Below, piece by piece: positions 15,792 through 24,853 of a stretch of DNA of 28,902 nt (the first letter of the stretch is position 1; every line of letters starts with the position of its first letter). The DNA is from an uncultured Pirellulaceae bacterium (lineage in GTDB: Bacteria; Planctomycetota; Planctomycetia; Pirellulales; Pirellulaceae), in the NCBI GenBank assembly GCA_964458385.1, contig CAYWIS010000032.1, forward strand, positions 1 through 28,902, read 5' to 3'. The notes beneath the pieces were generated by a model, which was not told where the DNA came from, searched no databases, and saw nothing but the letters and a program-made list of their open reading frames with translations. Both the position numbers and the translations under genes were made by a program.

Positions 15792-16150
15792 GGTTTAGGT
15801 CTCCCGTCGCTGCTCGCAGGGAATTTGTCATTTGTCTTTGGGAAAATTTGATCGTAGCCGCGCTCCCTCGGTGGCGCTAAGAGCGACTTGCCACAACATG
15901 GCTGCAATACAGATGAGAACTGCAAGTTGTCCTGCGTCGGCTGCCGTCTGGCTAAGCACAATTTACTCAGGCGGTTTGCTACTCGATACGATCCTACCCG
16001 GAAACTATCTCCTGCAAATGGCGCGACGCCGCGACGACCGCAACGCAGCTGCAGACATGGTGCAGCGAAAGAGCGACGGGCAAGCTGGCATTGCGGTATG
16101 GGATGCGGCATATTGGTTGGATTCAACCACCAATAATGATGTGGCGAGCG

Positions 16151-17563
16151 ATGAAACCTTCTTATTGTTTCAATTTCCGCGAGGCTCACGGGTGGAGCCG
16201 CCGCGAGGTGTTGCGCGTCGGCAGCTTGAGCCTGTTGGGCTTAACGTTGCCAGAACTGCTTGCGGCGCCGGCGCCCGCACAAGGAGATCAAGGGCCGGCG
16301 TTCGGCCGCGCTAAGGCGTGCATCTTGTTGTTCATGTGGGGCGGCCCGGCGCACCAGGATACTTTTGACCTCAAACCCGAGGCGCCCGTGGAAGTGCGGG
16401 GCGAGTTCCAGCCCATCTCGACCAATGTGCCCGGCATCCAGATTTGCGAACACTTGCCCGAACTCGCCCGGCGGGTCGATAAACTAGCAATTGTGCGGTC
16501 GATGACGCATGGCGATGTGAACCACACCTCGGCGACGCACTTCCTCTTGACCGGCCAGCCTCCCCCGCAAAGCAGAGAGCGTGCGGCTCAGTGGCCGCAT
16601 TTGGGCTCCGTGCTAAGCCGCTTAGGGCGCGGACGCGGACCGTTGCCGCCGTTTGTGTCGATGCGGCCCAAGCTGGATAACGACGTGCCCCGGTTTGTTG
16701 AAGAGAGCCAAGGTCAATTCGCCGGATGGCTTGGTCCTGCCTTTGACCCGCTGACGATCGATCACGACCCCAGTCGCGCTGACTACCGCGTGGGTGAGTT
16801 GACGTTGCCGCCTGAGTTGTCGCTGGGACGCCTGGAAGACCGATCGCAACTGCGGGCCGACCTGAACCGGCAATTGGAGCTGCTTTCGCCCGCCGCCGTC
16901 GCCCGCGACGTTAACTATCGCCGTGCGTACGATCTGTTAACGGCAACGGCCGCCGGGAGCGGCGCCTTCAACCTGTCTGACGAACCCGCCGCAGTGCGCG
17001 AGCGGTATGGTTTGAACCCTCACGGCCAATCGGTGCTGCAAGCCCGCCGCCTAGTCGAACGCGGCGTGCCGCTTGTGACGGTGTTCTGGCCCAACGACGG
17101 CATCAAGAACGTCTCGGTGTATTGGGACACACACAGCCGCAATTTTGTCGATCTGAAAGAGCGGCTGATGCCGGTGGCCGATCAAGCGTTCTCAGCTTTG
17201 CTTGACGATCTGGCGGAGCGCGGGCTTTTAGACGAAACGCTGGTGGTGTGGACCGGCGAGTTCGGCCGGACGCCTCGCGTCGGCCAACGTAATAGCGACG
17301 CCGGCGCTGGCGCCGACGGCCGCGATCATTGGCCGGGCTGCTTCACTACCGTGCTTGCTGGCGGCGGCGTGCGCGGCGGCCAAGTGTACGGTCGCAGCGA
17401 CCGACATGCCGCGTGGCCGGCCGATAACCCGGTATCGCCCCAAGACCTGATCGCTACGGTCTACCACGCATTGGGCGTCCCGCGCGAACAGACGCTTCCC
17501 GACGTGCAGGGCCGCCCCCTCCAAGTCAACCCGGGCCGGCCAATCCTTGAGTTGCTGGGGTAA
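16151..17563 (+). CDS. DUF1501 domain protein (sulfatase-like fold) with a twin-arginine (Tat) signal
   Basis: The in-frame ATG at 16151 gives MKPSYCFNFREAHGWSRREVLRVGSLSLLGLTLPELLAAPA, with Tat motif SRREVL. Alternative ATGs lie at 16136 and 16139. DUF1501-typical segments: CILLFMWGGPAHQDTFDLKPEAP, AIVRSMTHGDVNHTSATHFLLTG, VVWTGEFGRTPRV, GRDHWP. 470 aa. Confidence 0.85.
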   Translation: MKPSYCFNFREAHGWSRREVLRVGSLSLLGLTLPELLAAPAPAQGDQGPAFGRAKACILLFMWGGPAHQDTFDLKPEAPVEVRGEFQPISTNVPGIQICEHLPELARRVDKLAIVRSMTHGDVNHTSATHFLLTGQPPPQSRERAAQWPHLGSVLSRLGRGRGPLPPFVSMRPKLDNDVPRFVEESQGQFAGWLGPAFDPLTIDHDPSRADYRVGELTLPPELSLGRLEDRSQLRADLNRQLELLSPAAVARDVNYRRAYDLLTATAAGSGAFNLSDEPAAVRERYGLNPHGQSVLQARRLVERGVPLVTVFWPNDGIKNVSVYWDTHSRNFVDLKERLMPVADQAFSALLDDLAERGLLDETLVVWTGEFGRTPRVGQRNSDAGAGADGRDHWPGCFTTVLAGGGVRGGQVYGRSDRHAAWPADNPVSPQDLIATVYHALGVPREQTLPDVQGRPLQVNPGRPILELLG

Positions 17564-17660
17564 CGCCTTTTTCTGGTCCATCCACGTCAGGACAAAGAAG
17601 GCTCCGGCAGCGTTCCAAGGGCGCGGCGGGGAGCAGCGTCTTGCAGGGGGTTCACGTCCC

Positions 17661-18041
17661 TTAAGAACGCGACAGTAATATCGCTAACAGTTCGCGGTTG
17701 CCGGCGGGGAATTCGTAATCGGCGAGCGCCTCGCGAGCGACCCAAACAAAGGGAGCGCGGGGCGGCTGTGTGGGATCCAGGGGACGGCAGGCGAAGAACC
17801 GCAGGTGGACCGAACCATGGTCGTAGTGCTGAACGACCGACGGATATTCGCCCACCACTTGGATTGCGTAGCCGGTTTCTTCGCGGCATTCGCGTGTGGC
17901 GGCGTCGGCGGCGGTTTCGCCCGGTTCGACCTTGCCACCGGGGAACTCCCATAACCCGGCAAGCGCTACGCCTTCGGGACGGCGGCCAATAAGGAACCGC
18001 CCCTGGTGCTCAACCACGGCAATGGCAATCGCCTTGGGCAT
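17661..18041 (-). CDS. mutT: NUDIX hydrolase, MutT-like (deoxy)nucleoside triphosphate pyrophosphohydrolase
   Basis: The ATG at 18041 gives [21 protein letters not shown] (the listed 18083 start is a TTG). The Nudix box [24 protein letters not shown] fits GX5EX7REUXEEXGU. 126 aa. It lies 81 nt downstream of the VWA protein gene on the same strand. Confidence 0.8.
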   Translation of the reverse strand: MPKAIAIAVVEHQGRFLIGRRPEGVALAGLWEFPGGKVEPGETAADAATRECREETGYAIQVVGEYPSVVQHYDHGSVHLRFFACRPLDPTQPPRAPFVWVAREALADYEFPAGNRELLAILLSRS

Positions 18042-18122
18042 GCGTCGATGATCTCTTGTGTGTGGAGCGAGAAAGCGAGACAAGCCATCGCGAGACTGAG
18101 TTGCACGTCACACAGGCTCATC

Positions 18123-20477
18123 TTACGCCAACCCATGCCAGCGACGCAGGCCCCATTCGGCAACAAGACAGGCTAACGCAAAGCAGAACACCCACGCCTG
18201 ATGCCACAAGGGATAAAGCCACGGCTCTGTCACGGGAACAGGGCGATTCGGCAGGTCGGCCGCCCATGCGTTCAATCGGTTCTGGGGAACCACGGCGCCG
18301 CCGGTCTTTTGCGCCAGTTCTTCCAATAGCTCACGGTGCGGCGCAAGGCGGCGGAACTCGTCGGCGGCCGGTTCGGCGGTCCAGCCGGCTTCGGTGGCTC
18401 CCAGCTCGGACCCGTCGGGACCGTGCACCGAAATGGTCGCTCGATACGCCCCTGCCTGCCGCGGTACGAAGGTGGTTTCGTACACTCCCGCCCGCTGCGA
18501 GCTTGGGGCGGCCGCCAATTCGATCGACTGGCCGTCGGGCTGCGTGATTTGCATCGTCACTGCGGCGTTGTCGAGCGGTTGAAACTCCTCGTCGCGCACG
18601 TCGACCGAAAGCACCACCGGCGCGCCGGGTTGGTCGCGGCGCCGCTGGACGTCGGCCTCGATGCGCTGCGGCACGTCGGACACCAACCAGCGGATCGTTT
18701 GCCGCCACGCTTTCTCCAGGTCGCGTTCGCCGTTTTCGGGACGGTGCATGCCCCATCGCCACAGGTCGCCAATCATCAAGGCCGCCGTGCGGCCGGCGCC
18801 AAACGGCTGCGCGGCCAAGGCCGGCAACTCTTCGCCTTGATTGGTGGTGACGGTGGCCAGCACGGCCGCTCCTGGTTTAACGGCGCGCACGGCATTCACC
18901 GTTTGAAAAGGCGGCATGGCCGCTAGCCGGGCTCGCTCGTCGTCTTCGTTGGCGCGCACGCGGACCCACGGCGAGAGCCAGCCTTCGCGCGTTAACGTCA
19001 GGCGGAAGCGTTCGGCTCGTTGGGCGGGCGGAATGCGGTCTAGGTAAACCGGCAACATTTCCCCCAACGGCGTGCGGTCGTAACGTCCTTTGACGAACGA
19101 CTCTTGGCCGCCCAGCATGAGCAAGCCGCCGCCGCGCCGCCGCACAAATTCCTGCAAGAGCCGCATCTGATCGGAGGTGAAGAATTCGGCTTCTACATCG
19201 TCGAGCACGACCGCATGGTAGCGGAACAGCAGGTCGGCGGTTTTGGGAAAACCGCCGCGTAGCTCCGAAGCATCTTCGGCGCCTAATCGGAGTATCACCG
19301 GCTCGTCATATTGTTCGGCGTCGTCCGGCTCCACGTTATCGAAGCCGCGAAAGAGCGGATTGGTCCGATGGTCGCGGTTTTCTCGGAAGGTGAACTTCGG
19401 TTCGCGCCGCGCGATCCGAATCAGGCCCACTAGGTCGACCTCGGGGTCTTCCTCCAACGCGCGGCGGAGAAATTTGAACTCCCAATTAGGCCGGCCCGAA
19501 ACGTACAGTACCCGATACGGCCCCTGGCCGCGATCGACCACCACCCACCGCGTGTTGTTGGCTAAGGTTGCTTCGCGCGAGCGGTCTGGATGGTCGAACA
19601 CGTCTGTTTCCGACGCGGCCGCTACGCGCACCTGGTAGAAGTGGACGCCGCCTCGTTCGGGGCGCGTTTGGAATCGGGCCCGCGGCGGCGCGTCGGCCGA
19701 CGCCGTGAGGGTTTGTTGCTCTAGCACTTTGCCGCGAGCATCAAGAAGTTGCGCTGTGATCTGTTGTCCTTCGTAACCGGCAACGTCGATGGGGGCTTCG
19801 ATGGTAACCGGCGCCGCCTCGAAATTGGTCTGACTGACGCGCAAGGCGCCAATCGCCAGATCCTGGGGAGAATCGTCGTCGCCCAGCGCCACAGGATAAA
19901 TCGGCGGAAGCGCGGACCAGTCCAAGTTCAAGTCGGATAGCGAGACAGCGTCGGTCGCATTGCCGTCGGTCCAAAGCAGAATGCCCGCCAGCGGCCGCCC
20001 CCGGAACCGCTGGGCGATGCTTTGGAGCGAGGCCGACAACGTCGAGGCGGCTCCGTCGAAGGTTAAGGCGTGGAAGTCGGGCGTGGACCGTAGCCGCGAG
20101 TCGAAGAGATACCGCCGCACGTCGAAATCCTGTTCCAGCCGCATCCGCCAGGGGGATTCCGCGGTGAGCTGGCGTTTGACGATCTCGCCGCGGCTTTCTC
20201 GTTGGCCGGCGTCGCGAACCGTCAGACTTTGGCTGTTATCGGCCAACACCACAAACAGGTTGGCGCCGGGTCGGGGCCGATTGCCGCTTAAGAGCGGTTC
20301 GATCAGACACACCGCCAGCGCCAACACCGCCAGCGTTTTCAGGGTTGCCGCAACGATCCGCACGCGGCGCGGTCCGGGCGAACGTACATAGGACCACACC
20401 AGCGCCAAAAGCGCGACGGTGGCCAGGATGACCGCAGGCAGCGCCCACTCGGGCGCGCCCCAGACAAGCTGAGACAT
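18123..20477 (-). CDS. BatA/BatB-like membrane protein: N-terminal TM pair, VWA-like region with a DxSxS motif, class-I glutamine-amidotransferase-like (DUF1355-type) domain, C-terminal TM anchor
   Basis: The ATG at 20477 is preceded by GGAG (7-nt spacer) and gives MSQLVWGAPEWALPAVILATVALLALVWSY. The listed 20582 start is a TTG. MIDAS-like LFVVLADNSQSL. RVLYVSGRPNWEFKFLRRAL and GGGLLMLGG are typical of the amidotransferase-like domain of Bat-type proteins. The C-terminal helix is AWVFCFALACLVAEWGL. 784 aa. Confidence 0.7.
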   Translation of the reverse strand: MSQLVWGAPEWALPAVILATVALLALVWSYVRSPGPRRVRIVAATLKTLAVLALAVCLIEPLLSGNRPRPGANLFVVLADNSQSLTVRDAGQRESRGEIVKRQLTAESPWRMRLEQDFDVRRYLFDSRLRSTPDFHALTFDGAASTLSASLQSIAQRFRGRPLAGILLWTDGNATDAVSLSDLNLDWSALPPIYPVALGDDDSPQDLAIGALRVSQTNFEAAPVTIEAPIDVAGYEGQQITAQLLDARGKVLEQQTLTASADAPPRARFQTRPERGGVHFYQVRVAAASETDVFDHPDRSREATLANNTRWVVVDRGQGPYRVLYVSGRPNWEFKFLRRALEEDPEVDLVGLIRIARREPKFTFRENRDHRTNPLFRGFDNVEPDDAEQYDEPVILRLGAEDASELRGGFPKTADLLFRYHAVVLDDVEAEFFTSDQMRLLQEFVRRRGGGLLMLGGQESFVKGRYDRTPLGEMLPVYLDRIPPAQRAERFRLTLTREGWLSPWVRVRANEDDERARLAAMPPFQTVNAVRAVKPGAAVLATVTTNQGEELPALAAQPFGAGRTAALMIGDLWRWGMHRPENGERDLEKAWRQTIRWLVSDVPQRIEADVQRRRDQPGAPVVLSVDVRDEEFQPLDNAAVTMQITQPDGQSIELAAAPSSQRAGVYETTFVPRQAGAYRATISVHGPDGSELGATEAGWTAEPAADEFRRLAPHRELLEELAQKTGGAVVPQNRLNAWAADLPNRPVPVTEPWLYPLWHQAWVFCFALACLVAEWGLRRWHGLA

Positions 20478-20608
20478 GGCAAACTCCTGCTGGGAGCGCG
20501 GAGATTCACCGCCGCTCTGGCGGGCTCCTTGGACGAGTGTGCGTCCAAATCGGGGGGCGGCGTTTCCCAAGGAAAGACGCAAACGCCAGGAAGGCTCCGC
20601 ACGCTCCC

Positions 20609-23600
20609 TTATTTTCCGCGGCCTAGCTCTTCATAGTAGCGGCGCACGGGGTCAACGAACTGCGGAGGAACGGGATCGCGATCGATGGGGGTGAGCGTGT
20701 CGGGAGACTGGCGGCGAATGAGCTCCTCGGCCACCCGGTCGCGGAGGTCGGCCAGAGGTTCAAGCAGCTCCAGACGCACCAGGTCCCAGTTGGGCTCGCG
20801 CGAGTGGCGTTTGTATTCGGCGCGCATGGCGCGAGCACGGTCGCGCACGCGGGCGGCCTCGCCCCGCAACTCGGGGTCGTCGAGCATCTCCTCTACATCG
20901 CGCAACTGGTCGGACCATTCGCGGAAGTTCTCGCCGGTCAGCGGGTTCATTGGTCCGCCTTGGTGATCGAATGCGCCGCCGCTGGGACCACTACGGTCAA
21001 AGGACGGGGGCTCTTGGTTGCGGTCATTGCGCAGCGACCGTGGACGGCGCGCCGGCGACGTGGGATCTTCGGCGTTTCCGCCTCCTGATGCTGCCCCTTG
21101 TTGCGGCGACGACCCTTGTTGCGATGCGGAACCTTGTGGTTGCGAATCTCCCTGCGACTGCGATTCTCCTTGTTGTTGTCCCGGCTGCCGGGAATCTTCT
21201 GACGGCGGTTGTTGACCCGACTGTTGCTGACCTGATTGCCGCTGGCCTGATTGCTGCTGGCCCGAGTTCTCCTGTTGGTCTGACGGGGGTTGTTGGTCGG
21301 ATTGCTGCTGTCGGCCTGGTTGCTGCGATTGGCCTGGTTGCTGTGCTGAGTTTGGTTGTTTGTTCTGGCTGCCCGATTGCTCCGATTCTTGCAGTGCGCC
21401 TTGCTCGGGGCGGCGATCTGTCGGGTCTTGAGGCGTGTTGCCTGATGCTTGTTCGCGGGATTCCGCCTCGCGCCTTAGTTGCTCCGTCAGATCTTGCAGC
21501 GTTTCGTGCGCGCGGCGCAGGGCTTCGGTTCCATCGCCAAGGATACTTTCAGCGGCGCGTTCCACGCCTTGCCGCAGGTTCTCCAAGCCACGCTGTGCGG
21601 CCTGTTCGGCGGGGGCGGCTTGATCCACCAGCCCAGCTTGGGCGAGTTGCCGGGCTGTCTCCAATGCGCGGTCGATGCGCTCCTGCCGGGCGTTGCGGAG
21701 ACTTTCATAAAGTTGGTCCGCCAAGAGCGGTTCAGGCTGCTCGGCTTCTTTTACGACTTCCTCCATTTGATTAAGCAGCCGTTGAAGGTCTTGTTGTTGC
21801 CTTTCAAAGCCGCGGGCGATCTCTTCGCTGGCGACCGCGTCGCGGAGGGTGCGAGGCCGGTCAGGGCGATTGGCGTCTTGCATCTGTTGGGCAAGGCGGC
21901 GTTCGTTTTCCTCGAGTTCGCGGGCGGCTTGACGCATCTCGCGCAGTTGTTCGTCGAACTGGCCGGCGGCGCGGCGGCGGAACTCGTCGCGGAGGGCTTC
22001 GAATTCGCGCTGGGCGCGGGAGCCTTCGGCCAGCGCTTGGGAGACACGGCCTTGCTCGAGCGCCTCGGACGCCCGGCGGACGTTTTCGCGGCTTTCGTTC
22101 AAGCGTTGCTGCGCTTCGGCCATCGCTTGTTGATCTTGGGCCTGATCCATCCGTTCGCGCAGCTCATCAATATCGCGCAGCATCTGCTGCTCTTCTTCCC
22201 TTAGCCGCTTCAACCGGCGGCGGATTTCTTCTCGCTCCTCTTCGGTCGTTGCTTGCTCCAGTGCGGCTTGCATTTCCTGGAGTTGCTTGTTCAGGTCTTC
22301 TTGCCTTTGGGCCAACTCGCGAAGACGATTAAGCGTTTGCCGAACTTCTCGCTGTTGAGCTTCTTGCGTGCGGTCCCGCGCGGTGCGCTGGTCTTCGTAG
22401 CGGTTTTCATCGTTCCGCAATTCCAGTTGATCCAGTTGCCGCTGCATGGCGCCGCCGCCACCACCCCCGCCGCCCGATTGCTGCTGGGAGCGAGAGCGCG
22501 TCACCTGATACTCGCGGGCCCGCAGCTTGAGCAGCCCTTGGTAGGCCGCCTGCTCCTCGGGCAACGCGTCGCGGAGCGGTTCGGGCGATTCGTCATCGAC
22601 CGCGCGCATCAAGTTCTGTGTGGCGGCGACCATGTGGCGTTTGGCTTCCTCCACATAGTCTTGCGATTGCCGGTCCTGCACGCGGTCTGCAAGCTCCTCT
22701 AGTTGCTCCAACGCCGCGCCTTGCGACTCGACTAACAACCGAACGTCGGGCGCGAACTGAGAGGAGAGGTCGCCGGGCCGTTCACGACGCAAGACGTTCC
22801 AGGCGCCGGCAATGATCTGCTTTTGCAGTTCGGCCAGTTGTTCCGCTTGTTGAGCGTTCTGCCCCGCTTGCTGTTGCTGCTGCTGTTGTTGTTGCCCGCC
22901 CGCCGGCTGCTCGCCTTCACGAAAGATTTCTTCAAAACGGCGGACTTCGGCAAAGAAGATATCGCTCAAGGTGCGTCGCACTTGGCCGTCGGGCCCGTAA
23001 TCCTCGGCGAAGAAGTAGTAGGAAAGGAGTTGATCGGGCTCGGCCTGCAATTGCTCCAGGTCGATCTGGTGAGCCAGAGAGCGGCGCTCCTTGGGGCGGC
23101 CTCCTTCGCCGAGCACAACCTCTTGTTCCTCTTGGCCCGCGTGGCTAAAGATTATGCCGTAACGCCCAAGCCCGAAGTCATCCCAGACGGTCGCTTCCAG
23201 GTCGAACTCCTCAAGCGGTGAAACCTGCGTGTCGCGCGCGGGCCAAGCGATTTCGATCTCGGCCGGCCGGTTGGGAATTACATTCGCCACCAACTCGGGC
23301 GGTTCGGGATTGGTGCGGCCCTGCGCGTCCTGCAAATGTAGGCGGTGTCGCCGGGTTTGGGTCATCGTGAACGAGACGGTGTAGACCGTGGGATCGTCGG
23401 CGCTGGCGGTCAAGGGCAGGGTTTCGCCATCGTCGCTTTCCAAGTGCGCCGATGCGACCGGCTTGTTGAGTCGGCAAACCCACGTGAGACGCGTTCCCTC
23501 GACCGCGGTCACGCGCCGGGTATCGGCCACTTCTTTTTCTGGCAACGAGGTGTACTCGGGGAACGCTAGCTTCGCGTCGGCTTGCAACATCGCGGGATAT

Positions 23601-24424
23601 TCAAACACCGTAACGCGGTAAGGCTGCGTTTGCTGTTGGTCGAAGGCGACGCGATACGTAAGGTCTTCGGTGACCGACGCCACCCGCGCGCCGTAGAGGG
23701 GATCGTCCAAACTGCGCGACATGGGCAACCGATCGGCCTTTCCCGATGCCGATTCGACGATCAATTCGGCGTCGGGCGGAAGTTCGCCGACGAACCGAGC
23801 GATGACCACCAGGCTGCCGCCGCGTTCGATCTCGATATCGCCGGGCTTGACTTCGACCCGGTATCGTCCCAAGGCCGTCAGGTCGGCGTCCGATCGTGTC
23901 GACGCCAACGGGTTGCGGCTTTCAGGCCCTGAGCCCGCCAGCACCAGAAGCGCCACAACGAATGCAACCAGCGCCACACCATGCGCGATCCTTACTGTGG
24001 CTAGCTTGCCGTCAGAAACGGTGTCGTCCCAGCCGCAACGATGGCCATGCTCCAACGCTTCGCGAATGACGGTTTCTTGGAGATAGCCGAAACGTCCCGT
24101 TTGAACGTCGGGCTGTTGTTCCACCGCGGTGAGCAAGCGAGCTTGCAACTCGGGATGGCGAACTTCAATCTTCCGGGCAAGCCAGCGGTTGTCGCCAACC
24201 GAACGCACCGCCAACCAAGCAATGACCGCACCGAGAATGAGGAATGCGCTCGCCAACCAGGCGGCGCTGCGCAGGCCAAGTGAGGCTCCGGGAAGGAACG
24301 TCACCAGCAGCAGGCCGATCAAGGCAGCCGCCAACCAGTTCACGGCCAACAGTCCCCATAGCCGCAGGCGGCGATAGCGCTGGGCCACCTTTTCCAATTC
24401 GACCTGCAAACGTCGTTGGATCAT
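20609..24424 (-). CDS. Large DUF4175-like membrane-anchored coiled-coil protein with poly-Gln, poly-Gly and a Q/S/G/P-rich tail
   Basis: The ATG at 24424 is preceded by GAAGGAG (6-nt spacer) and gives MIQRRLQVELEKVAQRYRRLRLWGLLAVNWLAAALIGLLLV. It has an N-terminal TM hairpin plus a third TM (VALVAFVVALLVLAG) and a beta-rich middle. A long E/R/Q-rich heptad-like region follows (about residues 560-1000). Runs of Q9 and G8 are present, and a disordered tail reads QPGQSQQPGRQQQSDQQPPSDQQENSGQQQSGQRQSGQQQSGQQ. 1271 aa. The family call is by architecture and memory of the N-terminal pattern. Confidence 0.65.
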   Translation of the reverse strand: MIQRRLQVELEKVAQRYRRLRLWGLLAVNWLAAALIGLLLVTFLPGASLGLRSAAWLASAFLILGAVIAWLAVRSVGDNRWLARKIEVRHPELQARLLTAVEQQPDVQTGRFGYLQETVIREALEHGHRCGWDDTVSDGKLATVRIAHGVALVAFVVALLVLAGSGPESRNPLASTRSDADLTALGRYRVEVKPGDIEIERGGSLVVIARFVGELPPDAELIVESASGKADRLPMSRSLDDPLYGARVASVTEDLTYRVAFDQQQTQPYRVTVFEYPAMLQADAKLAFPEYTSLPEKEVADTRRVTAVEGTRLTWVCRLNKPVASAHLESDDGETLPLTASADDPTVYTVSFTMTQTRRHRLHLQDAQGRTNPEPPELVANVIPNRPAEIEIAWPARDTQVSPLEEFDLEATVWDDFGLGRYGIIFSHAGQEEQEVVLGEGGRPKERRSLAHQIDLEQLQAEPDQLLSYYFFAEDYGPDGQVRRTLSDIFFAEVRRFEEIFREGEQPAGGQQQQQQQQQAGQNAQQAEQLAELQKQIIAGAWNVLRRERPGDLSSQFAPDVRLLVESQGAALEQLEELADRVQDRQSQDYVEEAKRHMVAATQNLMRAVDDESPEPLRDALPEEQAAYQGLLKLRAREYQVTRSRSQQQSGGGGGGGGAMQRQLDQLELRNDENRYEDQRTARDRTQEAQQREVRQTLNRLRELAQRQEDLNKQLQEMQAALEQATTEEEREEIRRRLKRLREEEQQMLRDIDELRERMDQAQDQQAMAEAQQRLNESRENVRRASEALEQGRVSQALAEGSRAQREFEALRDEFRRRAAGQFDEQLREMRQAARELEENERRLAQQMQDANRPDRPRTLRDAVASEEIARGFERQQQDLQRLLNQMEEVVKEAEQPEPLLADQLYESLRNARQERIDRALETARQLAQAGLVDQAAPAEQAAQRGLENLRQGVERAAESILGDGTEALRRAHETLQDLTEQLRREAESREQASGNTPQDPTDRRPEQGALQESEQSGSQNKQPNSAQQPGQSQQPGRQQQSDQQPPSDQQENSGQQQSGQRQSGQQQSGQQPPSEDSRQPGQQQGESQSQGDSQPQGSASQQGSSPQQGAASGGGNAEDPTSPARRPRSLRNDRNQEPPSFDRSGPSGGAFDHQGGPMNPLTGENFREWSDQLRDVEEMLDDPELRGEAARVRDRARAMRAEYKRHSREPNWDLVRLELLEPLADLRDRVAEELIRRQSPDTLTPIDRDPVPPQFVDPVRRYYEELGRGK
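21075..21400 (-). repeat. Cryptic low-complexity coding repeat (CAG/CAA/GGC/TCG-rich) encoding the Q/S/G/P-rich tail of the DUF4175-like protein. The ends are approximate.
   Basis: The plus strand shows reiterated units such as CTGATTGCCGCTGGCC / CTGATTGCTGCTGGCC and GGCCTGGTTGCTGCGATT / GGCCTGGTTGCTGTGCTG. The translated sense strand gives SGQQQSGQRQSGQQQSGQQ. Separate pure codon runs are Q9 at 22868..22894 and G8 at 22451..22474. Confidence 0.6.
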
Positions 24425-24853
24425 GGGCGCTCCTTCGTAGGTAAAGGCCGGCATTCAACCTGCCATACCACAACCCGCGCCGTCAAGCTTTTGAACCGGC
24501 AAGGCGCCGGGGCTTGGCCATCTCGCATGCGGGACGCGGGAGTCAGCGTCGTAGACGAGGTGGAATAGGAAAAAGGGGCAGCCAGGGAGAATGGGCGTCA
24601 ACATATCTTATGCTTAGTTAGATGTAAGAGCCTGACCAAAGCCGGGGAACGGCGCAGAGGTGGGCAAAACGCTCGGGGGTTCGTTGCGGGTACGAAGGGA
24701 GCTTGCGCTGAGAGTGGGCGTGGGGTTTAGCGGGGAACGCGTCGCTTGGATTCCTTTCGGCGTTTGTATTGCTCCGGGGCTCTAGCCAGGGTTGCTTGTC
24801 TTACCTACCTTAGACAGAGTGGCTTGTGTTTCCTGATCTCTCCGGCCGGACTG

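Noticed and set aside
20950-22204. Plus-strand ORFs of 274 aa (20950..21774) and 241 aa (21479..22204)
   Set aside because: Both are antisense to the repetitive coiled-coil and Q-rich part of the DUF4175-like gene. Codon-repeat regions keep all frames open.
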